Source: a virus. From it: 64,000 bases of DNA. Location: positions 2,176 through 66,175 of the IMG/VR virus record IMGVR_UViG_3300012943_000029, one strand, 5' to 3'. Both the position numbers and the translations under genes were made by a program. The notes beneath the pieces were generated by a model. The model saw only the letters and a list, made by a program, of their open reading frames with translations. It was not told where the DNA came from and did no database searches. Below are positions 1 to 8,351 of this stretch, one piece after another (position 1 is the stretch's first letter; each line of letters begins with the position of its first letter).

Positions 1-304
1 AGTAGTACTTCCACCGCAGCTTGACAATTGCTCTTTCATTGATTTCGTCTATCGTCCTCGGCTCTTCTCTAGGAGCAAGAACCTTGTTGTAGTGCTCGAT
101 GGCCAGCAGGTGTGCTTGTACTGCCGTTGCATAAACTTCTTCTGATCCCTCTCGAACTGCCCTGTTGGTCGTTAGCAGCGCAAACTCGGTGATGTTGATG
201 TGTGCCTTAAGTTCAGTGTGTTTAGCGGCGCCGAGAGCGACTGCCGCCGAATGCTTAAGCTCGGTCGTCGTGCAAAAATTCCGATCAACGTGAACGAACG
301 TCAT
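1..304 (-). CDS. hypothetical protein, 3' end runs off the window
   Basis: Manual translation: ATG at 304 preceded by GAGGAAGGA; open frame MTFVHVDRNFCTTTELKH...KLRWKYY to position 1 with no stop; not in the ORF track. Confidence 0.6.
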   Translation of the reverse strand, partial: MTFVHVDRNFCTTTELKHSAAVALGAAKHTELKAHINITEFALLTTNRAVREGSEEVYATAVQAHLLAIEHYNKVLAPREEPRTIDEINERAIVKLRWKYY

Positions 305-366
305 TGTTCCTTCCTCAACATGTTGTTAAAGAGCCCACAGTGAAGCCGCGAAGTGCTTCACTTAAC

Positions 367-395
367 ATAATATCACAGTGGAGCGTAGAAGTACA
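367..395 (-). promoter_or_regulatory. sigma70-like promoter TGTACT-17-TATTAT with extended -10 TG
   Basis: Minus-strand reading; same architecture as the promoters at 53484 and 63260. Confidence 0.5.
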
Positions 396-453
396 CGCGG
401 GCAGGGCAGCCTATGGAAATGGGCTGCGCAGTCAAAAATCCCGGTTGAGAGGC

Positions 454-480
454 AAAAAGAAGGGGACCGAAGCCCCCTTC
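454..480 (-). terminator. intrinsic terminator, UUCG loop
   Basis: GAAGGGGGC-UUCG-GUCCCCUUC followed by UUUUU, just after the stop of 502..714. Confidence 0.85.
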
Positions 481-501
481 AACATCAACATTGGAAGTTG
501 A

Positions 502-714
502 TTACAGGTGGTCGAACACACCAACGTCGTCTTCAGCAAAGGTGAAGGAAGTTGGGTCTGCGTTTGTGTTGACGGCTTCTGAGAGAACACCACGACGGTT
601 CTTGAGGTACGTAACGATGTGCTGAACGGTGTCCAGTTCATCGCCTGGGCTCATTGCGTCGATGGCTTCATCGAGAGCAGCATAGACATCTGAAAGCTTG
701 GTAAGAATTGCCAT
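502..714 (-). CDS. hypothetical protein (70 aa), probably late-expressed
   Basis: SD AGGAG, upstream TAAATA at 774-779, downstream terminator. Confidence 0.7.
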   Translation of the reverse strand: MAILTKLSDVYAALDEAIDAMSPGDELDTVQHIVTYLKNRRGVLSEAVNTNADPTSFTFAEDDVGVFDHL

Positions 715-773
715 GAGAATTTCTCCTAACTAGTGCGTGAAAACGTATGTGCGATGCACTATCAGCTGGTCGA

Positions 774-779
774 TATTTA
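774..779 (-). promoter_or_regulatory. late promoter-like TAAATA
   Basis: GTAAATAT on the minus strand between the MCP terminator and ORF 502..714. Confidence 0.5.
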
Positions 780-787
780 CAACAGGC

Positions 788-815
788 AATAAGAAAGGGG
801 CCGAAGCCCCTTTCT
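788..815 (-). terminator. intrinsic terminator after the major capsid gene, UUCG loop
   Basis: AGAAAGGGGC-UUCG-GCCCCUUUCU then UAUU. Confidence 0.85.
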
Positions 816-861
816 CTTTCATCGATGCAATCAACTTGACGTTTGCTAACGTCGTTCGGTT

Positions 862-2097
862 TTAGACGAACGAGAGGTTGGCGACGCTGATGCGACCGTA
901 GTAGTCGGCTGAGTTACCGAGCGACGTTGCCGTGCTGGTGAACGTTGCCTTACCGTAACGGGTCATGAGCGAAACGTGTGGGTTGAAGGTGTTTGGATCC
1001 ACGACCACGCCCGAGGACATCAGTGGGATGTATGGGCAGTAGAAGTAACCGGCGTCCATCTCACCAGAACCACCCTTGTAACCAAGGAGGACTGGCTCGG
1101 TGCCCTGGTCGAAGTAGATGTACGAGTACACCTTGATCGAACCGTTGAGCGTACCGACGAGCTTGGTGTTGTTTGGACCAGCGAATGAACCGGCGACAGC
1201 TGGCGCGAAGACGGACTTCGAAGCAGACTGCAGAACCGATACCACGAGTGGCGAAACAACGATCCAGTTGGCTGGACCCATGCGGGTCTTGCGAGCGATC
1301 TCGTTGGCCACCTTGTTGATCAGCACGCCGAGAACTGCGTGGCGGTCGCCAACGTAGTTTGGAACACCCGTGAAGGTGCCGGCCATGTCGAAGCTCTCAG
1401 TGGTGCCTGCGAGGGCGATGAGATCATTGATGATTTCGTTGTCGATTTCTGACACAACGGCTGCTGACAGAGATGCAGTGATCTCAGCTTCCAGGTCGAG
1501 ACCGTGGGATGCCTTGATGTCCTGCATTGCTTCTGGGGTCCAACGAGCCTGCAGCTTGCGGGAACCGGCGGTTACCGTCTGCTTGAGGACTTCGAGGGTC
1601 AGAGCACGACCACCGAATGCTTCGTAGTCAGAGGTGAGAGCACTTACACCTGCCGATGAAGCAGTTGCTGGGCCACCTGATGGTACTGGAGCGTCCGAGG
1701 TTGAGTAGAAGCGCTTGGTCTTCGAGTTGTTCGCGAAGATTTCGTCGCCTGATGCGATAGCGAATGAGTTGTCGAGGCCAGATGGCGTCGAAACTGGACC
1801 CGTAACTGCCTCAGCGAAGAGGAAGCGCAGGGAGTAGACCAGGCCGACTGGACCGCTCAGTGGCTGTACGCCAACGAGTTCGGTTGCGACGGTACCTGGG
1901 ATGATACGACGGATCATCGGGATGACGATCTTCTGGAAGTTGCCAATCGCGCCAGCGGTGGTGTTACCGGCAGCTGCAGTTTCCTGCAAGTGCTGAAGCT
2001 GGTTCTCAAGTACTGGACCGAGAATCTTCTTCTTGCTGTCGCTCAGACCCTCGAGAAGGGTCTCTTTGGTTTCTGCCCAATTTTCGAAAAGTTCCAT
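862..2097 (-). CDS. gp23: major capsid protein, T4 gp23-like
   Basis: ELVGVQPLSGPVGLVYSLR, RKLQARWTPEAMQD, YCPYIPL and MTRYG motifs; start moved to the ATG at 2097 (SD AAGGAG). Confidence 0.97.
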   Translation of the reverse strand: MELFENWAETKETLLEGLSDSKKKILGPVLENQLQHLQETAAAGNTTAGAIGNFQKIVIPMIRRIIPGTVATELVGVQPLSGPVGLVYSLRFLFAEAVTGPVSTPSGLDNSFAIASGDEIFANNSKTKRFYSTSDAPVPSGGPATASSAGVSALTSDYEAFGGRALTLEVLKQTVTAGSRKLQARWTPEAMQDIKASHGLDLEAEITASLSAAVVSEIDNEIINDLIALAGTTESFDMAGTFTGVPNYVGDRHAVLGVLINKVANEIARKTRMGPANWIVVSPLVVSVLQSASKSVFAPAVAGSFAGPNNTKLVGTLNGSIKVYSYIYFDQGTEPVLLGYKGGSGEMDAGYFYCPYIPLMSSGVVVDPNTFNPHVSLMTRYGKATFTSTATSLGNSADYYGRISVANLSFV

Positions 2098-2122
2098 TGA
2101 TTTCTCCTTAGGGACTGTGGGG

Positions 2123-3031
2123 TTAAATGCCAGCAAGTTTCTTCAGCTGAAGATACTTGTCCTGCTTGGCTGGTTCTGCTTGCTTGGCTGGAGTCTCAAC
2201 AGACTCGTCACCGGTTTTTACTGATGTTGCCGACTCGGAGAGTGGCTTGTCAGCTTCCGGCTTCGTAGCTGCGGCAGTTGATGCTGCTGGTGCAGCTTCT
2301 TCTGTCTTCAGCACTCGACCGATGAAGTGGTTGTAGGCCTCTTCGAGGCGGGCAGTCTCGACATTTGCAAGCACAAATGCCATCTGCTCACGCTTCTTGC
2401 CTTGTAGTGGGGCGAGGATCTTCTCGAGCTTTGCTTCGCGAACCATCTTGGCGTTGGTGTCCTCAAGTGCCTTGATGGCACCAGCGGCTTCCTCAACCTT
2501 CTTGGTTGCTGCAGCAAGCTGCGTCTGAATAGCATCCTCATCGACGTAGGAGCGGTTGAACTCAGATACGAAAGCTTCGAAGAGACGGCGACCGAAGTCG
2601 TTCTGCTTCACTACTTCCAGATCCTCGCGGAGCTCCTTGAACTCTTCCTCGAGACGAAGCTCGAAGAACGCGTCCATCTTGTCAATCAGCTGATCGAGTT
2701 CGCCGCTGAGCTGAGCTGCCATCGTGTGCTTCTCTTCAACGATCTTCTCGGCATACTCTGCCTCGAGATCGCGGAAACGCTCGATGTCTGACTTCAGTTC
2801 GGCAACTTCCTCTTCGAGCTTCTTGGCAACGAATGCCTCGACGTTCTCTACGAGAGCGTCACGCTCAGTCTGCCACTGCTCTGAAATTTCGTGTCTCACT
2901 TCGATGGTAACTTCTTCGCGGACGACCTTCTTGTATTCGTCGACGGCGGAAGCCCACTTAGTGGAGATTTCGGTCTTAGCCTCTTCGCTCAGGAGCTCGG
3001 AGCTAAGCAGTTGCTTTAGGATTTCATCCAT
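2123..3031 (-). CDS. gp22: prohead core scaffolding protein, T4 gp22-like
   Basis: Acidic coiled coil directly upstream of the MCP; C-terminal LKKLAGI; SD AAGGAG. Confidence 0.88.
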   Translation of the reverse strand: MDEILKQLLSSELLSEEAKTEISTKWASAVDEYKKVVREEVTIEVRHEISEQWQTERDALVENVEAFVAKKLEEEVAELKSDIERFRDLEAEYAEKIVEEKHTMAAQLSGELDQLIDKMDAFFELRLEEEFKELREDLEVVKQNDFGRRLFEAFVSEFNRSYVDEDAIQTQLAAATKKVEEAAGAIKALEDTNAKMVREAKLEKILAPLQGKKREQMAFVLANVETARLEEAYNHFIGRVLKTEEAAPAASTAAATKPEADKPLSESATSVKTGDESVETPAKQAEPAKQDKYLQLKKLAGI

Positions 3032-3039
3032 GCAATTTC

Positions 3040-3140
3040 TCCTTCATATGGGGGTGGTTAGAGACTGGTGCCGTCTCTAAGGGCTTGAACCTTACGCGTA
3101 TCGGGTCTAAACCATGTTCAGACCTGCGTGAAACGTACGG
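3040..3140 (-). promoter_or_regulatory. structured 5' leader of the scaffold-capsid operon (candidate cis-regulatory RNA)
   Basis: Stems GGUCUGAAC/GUUUAGACC, AAGG/CCUU and UUAGAGAC/GUCUCUAA between the TAAATA promoter and the SD. Confidence 0.45.
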
Positions 3141-3143
3141 TTG

Positions 3144-3149
3144 TATTTA
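3144..3149 (-). promoter_or_regulatory. late promoter-like TAAATA
   Basis: CTAAATAC on the minus strand ~110 nt upstream of the scaffold ATG. Confidence 0.55.
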
Positions 3150-3212
3150 GGGGATCACTAAAATTTTCTCAAAAAATCAAGCACTTTCGGGCGTGCTAGA
3201 GCCCTATCGAGC

Positions 3213-3428
3213 TTACTCAGGGTCGGTTTCAACCGCTGGCGTCTCGACCGCAGGGTCATCAAGATCCGCGCCATCAACCTCTTCAGGGGCTGCCTCGGCC
3301 GGAGCTGCGATGCCTGCTACGTCCTTCATCTTGGCCGTAACGTAGTTGTGAAAATCAAGGCTAGCCTCTTCAGGCTTGTCGTTGATCAGGTTGTTCAGCA
3401 TATTCTTGAGAGCGTCTCTCTTGTCCAT
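3213..3428 (-). CDS. small acidic prohead core protein (gp67/gp68-like position)
   Basis: 71 aa, acidic tail, lies between protease and scaffold as T4 core genes do. Confidence 0.6.
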   Translation of the reverse strand: MDKRDALKNMLNNLINDKPEEASLDFHNYVTAKMKDVAGIAAPAEAAPEEVDGADLDDPAVETPAVETDPE

Positions 3429-3499
3429 TTGATATCTCCTAGTGGCTGTGAGCCATGGGGTTTTGAAGAACGGAAGCCGGTCCTTCGTCGGCTAAAACT

Positions 3500-3985
3500 T
3501 TACTTGTCCTTGTCCTCATCCTCGTCGTCAGCTTCCTCATCGTCCTCATCCTCGTCTTCATCATCTTCAGAGGTGAGAGCATCCTCCCACTCCTTGACGT
3601 TGGTTTCCTTGATCCACTCGATGAGCGCCTCGATGGCGCCAGGGTTGTCTGACAAGAACGCCTCAACTGGTGTTCCGTACTTGAAGCTGTGGCCTTTGTA
3701 GCCGATCTCCTTGAGAAGCTTCTCAAGGTTGCCAACGCCACGATCACCTTCGAAATGATAGAGCTGGTTCTTGTCGAGGAACGTGTCGACGAGCTTTGGC
3801 AGCTTGCCTGCCTCAGTGATGACGCTCTCGAATGGGTTCTTCTTGAGCTCCTTCTTGGCGACGTCGAGCTCCCTAGCGGCGGCCTGCAGCTTTGCAAAGG
3901 CGGACTTGCCGTCCTTAGCATCCTTCTTGGCGGCGGTCTTGCTGGTCTCGTTGTCGAGCTTTTCGTGTAGGTCGGTAAGCTTCAT
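3500..3985 (-). CDS. putative internal head protein with poly-acidic tail
   Basis: N-terminal DLHE and internal VITE protease-site-like motifs; head operon; D/E run at the C-terminus. Confidence 0.6.
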   Translation of the reverse strand: MKLTDLHEKLDNETSKTAAKKDAKDGKSAFAKLQAAARELDVAKKELKKNPFESVITEAGKLPKLVDTFLDKNQLYHFEGDRGVGNLEKLLKEIGYKGHSFKYGTPVEAFLSDNPGAIEALIEWIKETNVKEWEDALTSEDDEDEDEDDEEADDEDEDKDK

Positions 3986-3986
3986 G

Positions 3987-4244
3987 TTATTCTCTCCACT
4001 GCGTCTCTTTCTTCTTGTCGATCACCTTCGAGACAACCTTGCGGGCCTCATTGATGGTGTCCTCTGACTTGAAGTTGAAGTAGTATGTTCCCATCGAAAG
4101 CGCGAGATCAACGGCAAGGCCGGCCTCGAGCAGCGCATCGATTGCCTTCTTCATGTTTCCGGCGTCGCTGATGGTGAAGTGCTGCCCAACTGGGATAACA
4201 GCCTCACTCAGCCCGGAAAGCTTGCGAAGAAGGGTGAGCTCCAT
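3987..4244 (-). CDS. putative internal head protein
   Basis: N-terminal LRKLSGLSE motif; coupled to its neighbours in the head operon. Confidence 0.6.
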   Translation of the reverse strand: MELTLLRKLSGLSEAVIPVGQHFTISDAGNMKKAIDALLEAGLAVDLALSMGTYYFNFKSEDTINEARKVVSKVIDKKKETQWRE

Positions 4245-4918
4245 TACTCGTCCTTCTTTTTCTTCTCATCGCCCTCGTCACCAGCTGGTGCTTCGGCGTC
4301 GTCTTCCTTCTTGTCCTTCTTTGGTTCGTCTTCCTTGGTCGACTTTACGCCGTCCTTGAAGCCGGCATCGTAGACCTTCATGAGAAGATCGGCGAGCTCT
4401 TCCTCATCCTTGCCGACCGCCTTCTTGGCGATGCGCTGCACGATCTTTGGAAGCTCGTTCTCGTCCTCAGACTTTGAAGCCTCTTCCTCACCGTCCTTTG
4501 CAGGTGGGGCATCGTCGCCCTCTGGTGGAGCTTCTTCATCGCCAGGGAGGTTCATGTCTGGATCTTCATCAGGCTTCTTGCGCTCAAGGAAGATGCCGCA
4601 GCGGCGAGCCGTCTCAGAAATTTCTTCCTGGATCGAGGCTACCTTCTTGGCGAGCTTCTCCTTGGCGTCACCGAGACGTGACTTGTCCTTGTCGGACAGC
4701 TTGTCACCAGCGCGGGTGATGTAGGTGTTGAGACGTGACAGCGCCTTTGCATGACCACCTGGAGCGGCGAGCAGGCCCTTGACAATCTCAGTTGAGCTGT
4801 TGCTGAAGAACTCTGGTGCTGGCGTCCACTTGGCGGCCTTGACCTTCTTTGATTTCTTCTTTTCAGTTAGGATGTCGGCGATACCAGCGAGGCGGCCGAG
4901 GCGTGTTTCATTGAGCAT
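4244..4918 (-). CDS. putative internal head/core protein
   Basis: MLNE, ILTE and IFLE motifs with RLAGI-like repeats; highly charged. Confidence 0.6.
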   Translation of the reverse strand: MLNETRLGRLAGIADILTEKKKSKKVKAAKWTPAPEFFSNSSTEIVKGLLAAPGGHAKALSRLNTYITRAGDKLSDKDKSRLGDAKEKLAKKVASIQEEISETARRCGIFLERKKPDEDPDMNLPGDEEAPPEGDDAPPAKDGEEEASKSEDENELPKIVQRIAKKAVGKDEEELADLLMKVYDAGFKDGVKSTKEDEPKKDKKEDDAEAPAGDEGDEKKKKDE

Positions 4919-4930
4919 GTGATTTATCCT

Positions 4931-5947
4931 TTAGGCGGCGCTGACGTTGACGTGCTTGACTTTAGCTTTTGCCCAGTCGATTGTCTTCGACTTGGCCCAC
5001 AGCTGTCCATATCCGACGGTGTCGCCGTGCGTCTTGTAGACGAACTTTACATTTGGTTGACCGATGTCTGCAACACGACCATCATCAACATGACCAACAG
5101 ACTTGTAGCCGTTGCTCTTGAGCGCCTTAGCGATCACTGAGATGAACGTGTCACCGTGCCTGCTGTCAGCGTTGTCGGTCACGATGAAGGCATCGAACTT
5201 TGGCACTGCCCTGTCGATTGCTGGCTTTACCATTGACTGACGATCATCATCATTCCAATCAGTGTTACCGGTAGCATCGCTGTCTGCAACATGCACCACG
5301 ACATCAGGTGTTGGTGCCTTAGCCGCTTCGCCAACGGCCTTGCGGCGCGTCGCGGTGAAGCTGCTGCCTGGTGTGGCAATGTGCTTGATCTTGTTCCAGT
5401 AGACGCTCTTGTCAGTGTGACCGAGACGGGCAGCCGTGCGTTCTGCATGGCCCTTGACATCATCGACGCCGAAGTCAGTATGACCACGCTCGTCGGCGAT
5501 GTCCTTCTTGATCTTTGTCAGTAGCTCGACTGGCTCCATCTTGTCGAGGCGGGCCTTGTGACCCTCACGACCGGAACCGCCGCGCGGCATCGCTGGAAGG
5601 TCAAGCGCCTTGTGGAGCTTCTCAAACCAGTTCTCCTGCACCTTTGAGTTGGAGAGATAGATCAGCCTGATCAGCTTGAATACCTTGGCAAGCTCAGCCT
5701 TCTTTTCGGCGGAGACGCCCTGCTTCTTGCCGTTGACAACAACGTGCAGCTCTCCGTCCTTGAACGATGCGAACGCGCTTGCGCTGTTCACGCCATCTGA
5801 CTTGCGAGCAAACTTTTTCCACTTGTTGGACCACTTGTGGGCCTCATCAGCGCTGAGACCGACCTTATCGGCGGCCTTGGCAAGGGTGAAGGCCTCATCA
5901 AGGCGGTTGTCTTCGGCGATGTTGCATAGTTCGACTAGTAGGCTCAT
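4931..5947 (-). CDS. putative internal head protein (multi-segment)
   Basis: LLVE/IAE/LDE N-terminus; directly downstream of gp21. Confidence 0.6.
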   Translation of the reverse strand: MSLLVELCNIAEDNRLDEAFTLAKAADKVGLSADEAHKWSNKWKKFARKSDGVNSASAFASFKDGELHVVVNGKKQGVSAEKKAELAKVFKLIRLIYLSNSKVQENWFEKLHKALDLPAMPRGGSGREGHKARLDKMEPVELLTKIKKDIADERGHTDFGVDDVKGHAERTAARLGHTDKSVYWNKIKHIATPGSSFTATRRKAVGEAAKAPTPDVVVHVADSDATGNTDWNDDDRQSMVKPAIDRAVPKFDAFIVTDNADSRHGDTFISVIAKALKSNGYKSVGHVDDGRVADIGQPNVKFVYKTHGDTVGYGQLWAKSKTIDWAKAKVKHVNVSAA

Positions 5948-5949
5948 GA

Positions 5950-6564
5950 TTACTTCTTCGTGAGGCTGTTGGCGAACTTGAGGATTGCTTCCTTGAGGTA
6001 CTTCTGTGCCTTAGGATCATTGACGACGGCTTCGGCGAGCGAGAGGATCTTCTTGTCCTCGACGGCCTCACGCACGACGTCTGGGTAGCAGCCTGGACCA
6101 GATGGCTGAGCCACGATGTCCAGCGTTACGAATGAGAAGTCTTCAACGATGCCCTCATGGTTCACGTTGCCAGTGCCGCGTGAAGAGACGCCAAGGCGAA
6201 CACCGCCGGCGATGAGGTTCTGAACGATCTGTCCAGATGGGGTGTTGAGGATCTTGCACTTGCCGACGGCGTTGTTGCCGTCCATCCAGGCCTCAGTGAT
6301 GATGTGTGAAACATTCTTGAGGTCAATGGAAAGGTTGTCTGGGTGGTTGAGCTCACCCATGATCGAGGTACCTTCCTTGATGCGGGTGTTGATCAACTGA
6401 ACTGCGCGGTCGATCTCGTTCTTTGGATAGATGCGCTGGTTGAGGTTCTTCATCTCGGCGGCCATCATGCGGCCTGCGAGGTAGAGGTTCTTTGACGCGT
6501 CGCGGCTTTCTACGAGCTGTGCTTCACTCGGGGAGAAGTGCTCGATAAGGATCTGCTGCTTCAT
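5950..6564 (-). CDS. gp21: prohead core protease, T4 gp21-like
   Basis: NQRIYP, GELNHP (His), GVSSRG (Ser) and TLDIVAQPS (Asp) motifs. Confidence 0.96.
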   Translation of the reverse strand: MKQQILIEHFSPSEAQLVESRDASKNLYLAGRMMAAEMKNLNQRIYPKNEIDRAVQLINTRIKEGTSIMGELNHPDNLSIDLKNVSHIITEAWMDGNNAVGKCKILNTPSGQIVQNLIAGGVRLGVSSRGTGNVNHEGIVEDFSFVTLDIVAQPSGPGCYPDVVREAVEDKKILSLAEAVVNDPKAQKYLKEAILKFANSLTKK

Positions 6565-6613
6565 TGGGCTCCTTAGACACGAGGATCGCGTGTCAACCTG
6601 ATAGTGTTCGTGG

Positions 6614-6620
6614 TATTTAT
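6614..6620 (-). promoter_or_regulatory. late promoter ATAAATA
   Basis: Between portal and protease, 50 nt upstream of the gp21 ATG. Confidence 0.7.
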
Positions 6621-6677
6621 ATGGAGCTGCCTAGGGAGTGTCAAAAAGTGCCAGGGCTTGAGCCGCCGGCACTTTTA

Positions 6678-8339
6678 CTATGCGACTGGAGCTTCCGGCG
6701 CTTTCGGTGCTGGTGGTTCTGATGGCTCAGCGCCACCTTCTTCAGCGCCGACTGGAGCTTCCGGCGTTTCACCACCCTCTGGGGCAGGCATTTCCTCTGG
6801 CTGTTCTACCTTGAGCTTGTCACGGTTCTCGTAGACGGCTGGGTCGTAGATCTGCTGAATTTCGTCAATGGCAGCAACGCCCTTGATGTTGCGCTCCTGC
6901 TTAACCATTGCCTCGTTCATCTGGATGTCGTCCTTGGTCAGACCGAGGAAGCGTTCCTGCATGAAGCGCTTGGACATGTAAGGCGTATCTTCAATTGCCT
7001 TGAACGACGTGATGAGCTCGGTATCGAGCGCGGCCTTGATGTAGATTGAGAAGTTCTGCGGCTCAACAAGCTTCAGAACGAACAGCTCATGGTCGACGTT
7101 GATGCCAGTCGCCGACAGGTAGTCCTTGAACTGCTTGTCGAACACGCTGTCAATGCTTGCCTGGTGGCGCTGCACGAAGTTTGCGAAGATGCGCTCTTCC
7201 ATGTACGCAACGCCGGTCTTGCCGTCATTGTCAGTTGCGCCTGGCGGTGTCTTTTCCTGGCCGCGCATGTACGAAGATGGAACGCGCAGGGCACGGAACA
7301 CACGGTCGAGGAAGTAGTCAAGCTCAGGAATTTCCCAAGTTGCTCCGCCAGGAAGCGTCTCAACGCGAGAGCCACGGCCTGAGCCGGTGACCGGGAAGAA
7401 GTAATCTTCTTGAATGCTCTCAGGGTTGTACTGACTATCCGTCTGATCCTGGTTAGCGGTGTTCGGCATGCGCTTCTGACGGATGTCGTTGCGCACTCCC
7501 TCAATGTACTGCTTTACGCGCACCGGTGGCATGTTACCAACGTCGAGGTAGAACACGCGACGTTCTGGTGCACGCACGATGCGGTAGATGATCGCGGCAT
7601 CTTCAAGCATCGTCAGCTTCTGGAAGTCCTTGAACGCTGCCTGCAGCACCGACAAACCAAACGGCGCCGAGGAACCCATGTCATCTGACATGGTGAAGTG
7701 GATCATTACCGCTGATGGGGTTACCTCAACGCTGTCAACGGTCGCGCTCTGACCAGGGTAGCGAGTTGCCTGCGCCGTCGAGTTCTGAAAGCTAGATGGG
7801 CGAATGTGGTACGCGACCTTGTTGCCCTCACGGTCCACCTCGATACCAATGACGCGCGTTGGGTCAACGTATTCCCACTGCTTGGTGTCGGACACCTTGC
7901 GGAAGAAGCAGTCGCCATACTTGATCATCGTGCGGCAGATGTTGAACACGCGCCTGTTGAGGGTGTGGAACTTTGCCCAGTGGCGAAGAGCTGCACGAAT
8001 GGTTGTCGTCGTCGTATCAGAGATCGTCTGATTTTCCTCAGTCTGGTAGTCGATGAGGAATGGAAGATTGGTGCGCTTGTCTGGCGCCGCCATTTCTTCA
8101 GCGATGATGTCAAGCGCGCGGTTGACGTCGCCAAGATCCATGGCGTCATACTGCTTGTAGCGCTGCATGCGGGCCGTCGAGCCCTTGAGAAGGTTTGAGA
8201 ACCAAGCGATCGTTGAGAACGAAGCATACCCCGCGCTGTTGAGGTCCATGCCATCGTCCATGTTAACGGACGGGCGCTTGTAGAGCTCTTTCCTTGACGC
8301 GGGGGTGATGATGCGCCAATAGTTTTGCCAGGTCGCCAT
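6678..8339 (-). CDS. gp20: portal protein, T4 gp20-like
   Basis: QKLTMLEDAAIIYRIVRAPERRVFYLDVGNMP, EDYFFP, VETLPGG and ALRVPSS motifs. Confidence 0.97.
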   Translation of the reverse strand: MATWQNYWRIITPASRKELYKRPSVNMDDGMDLNSAGYASFSTIAWFSNLLKGSTARMQRYKQYDAMDLGDVNRALDIIAEEMAAPDKRTNLPFLIDYQTEENQTISDTTTTTIRAALRHWAKFHTLNRRVFNICRTMIKYGDCFFRKVSDTKQWEYVDPTRVIGIEVDREGNKVAYHIRPSSFQNSTAQATRYPGQSATVDSVEVTPSAVMIHFTMSDDMGSSAPFGLSVLQAAFKDFQKLTMLEDAAIIYRIVRAPERRVFYLDVGNMPPVRVKQYIEGVRNDIRQKRMPNTANQDQTDSQYNPESIQEDYFFPVTGSGRGSRVETLPGGATWEIPELDYFLDRVFRALRVPSSYMRGQEKTPPGATDNDGKTGVAYMEERIFANFVQRHQASIDSVFDKQFKDYLSATGINVDHELFVLKLVEPQNFSIYIKAALDTELITSFKAIEDTPYMSKRFMQERFLGLTKDDIQMNEAMVKQERNIKGVAAIDEIQQIYDPAVYENRDKLKVEQPEEMPAPEGGETPEAPVGAEEGGAEPSEPPAPKAPEAPVA

Positions 8340-8351
8340 TATTTTCCTACG

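Noticed and set aside
336-380. CACAGTG direct repeats identical to the V(D)J RSS heptamer
   Set aside because: No nonamer or Transib/RAG-like transposase; 7-mers recur by chance.
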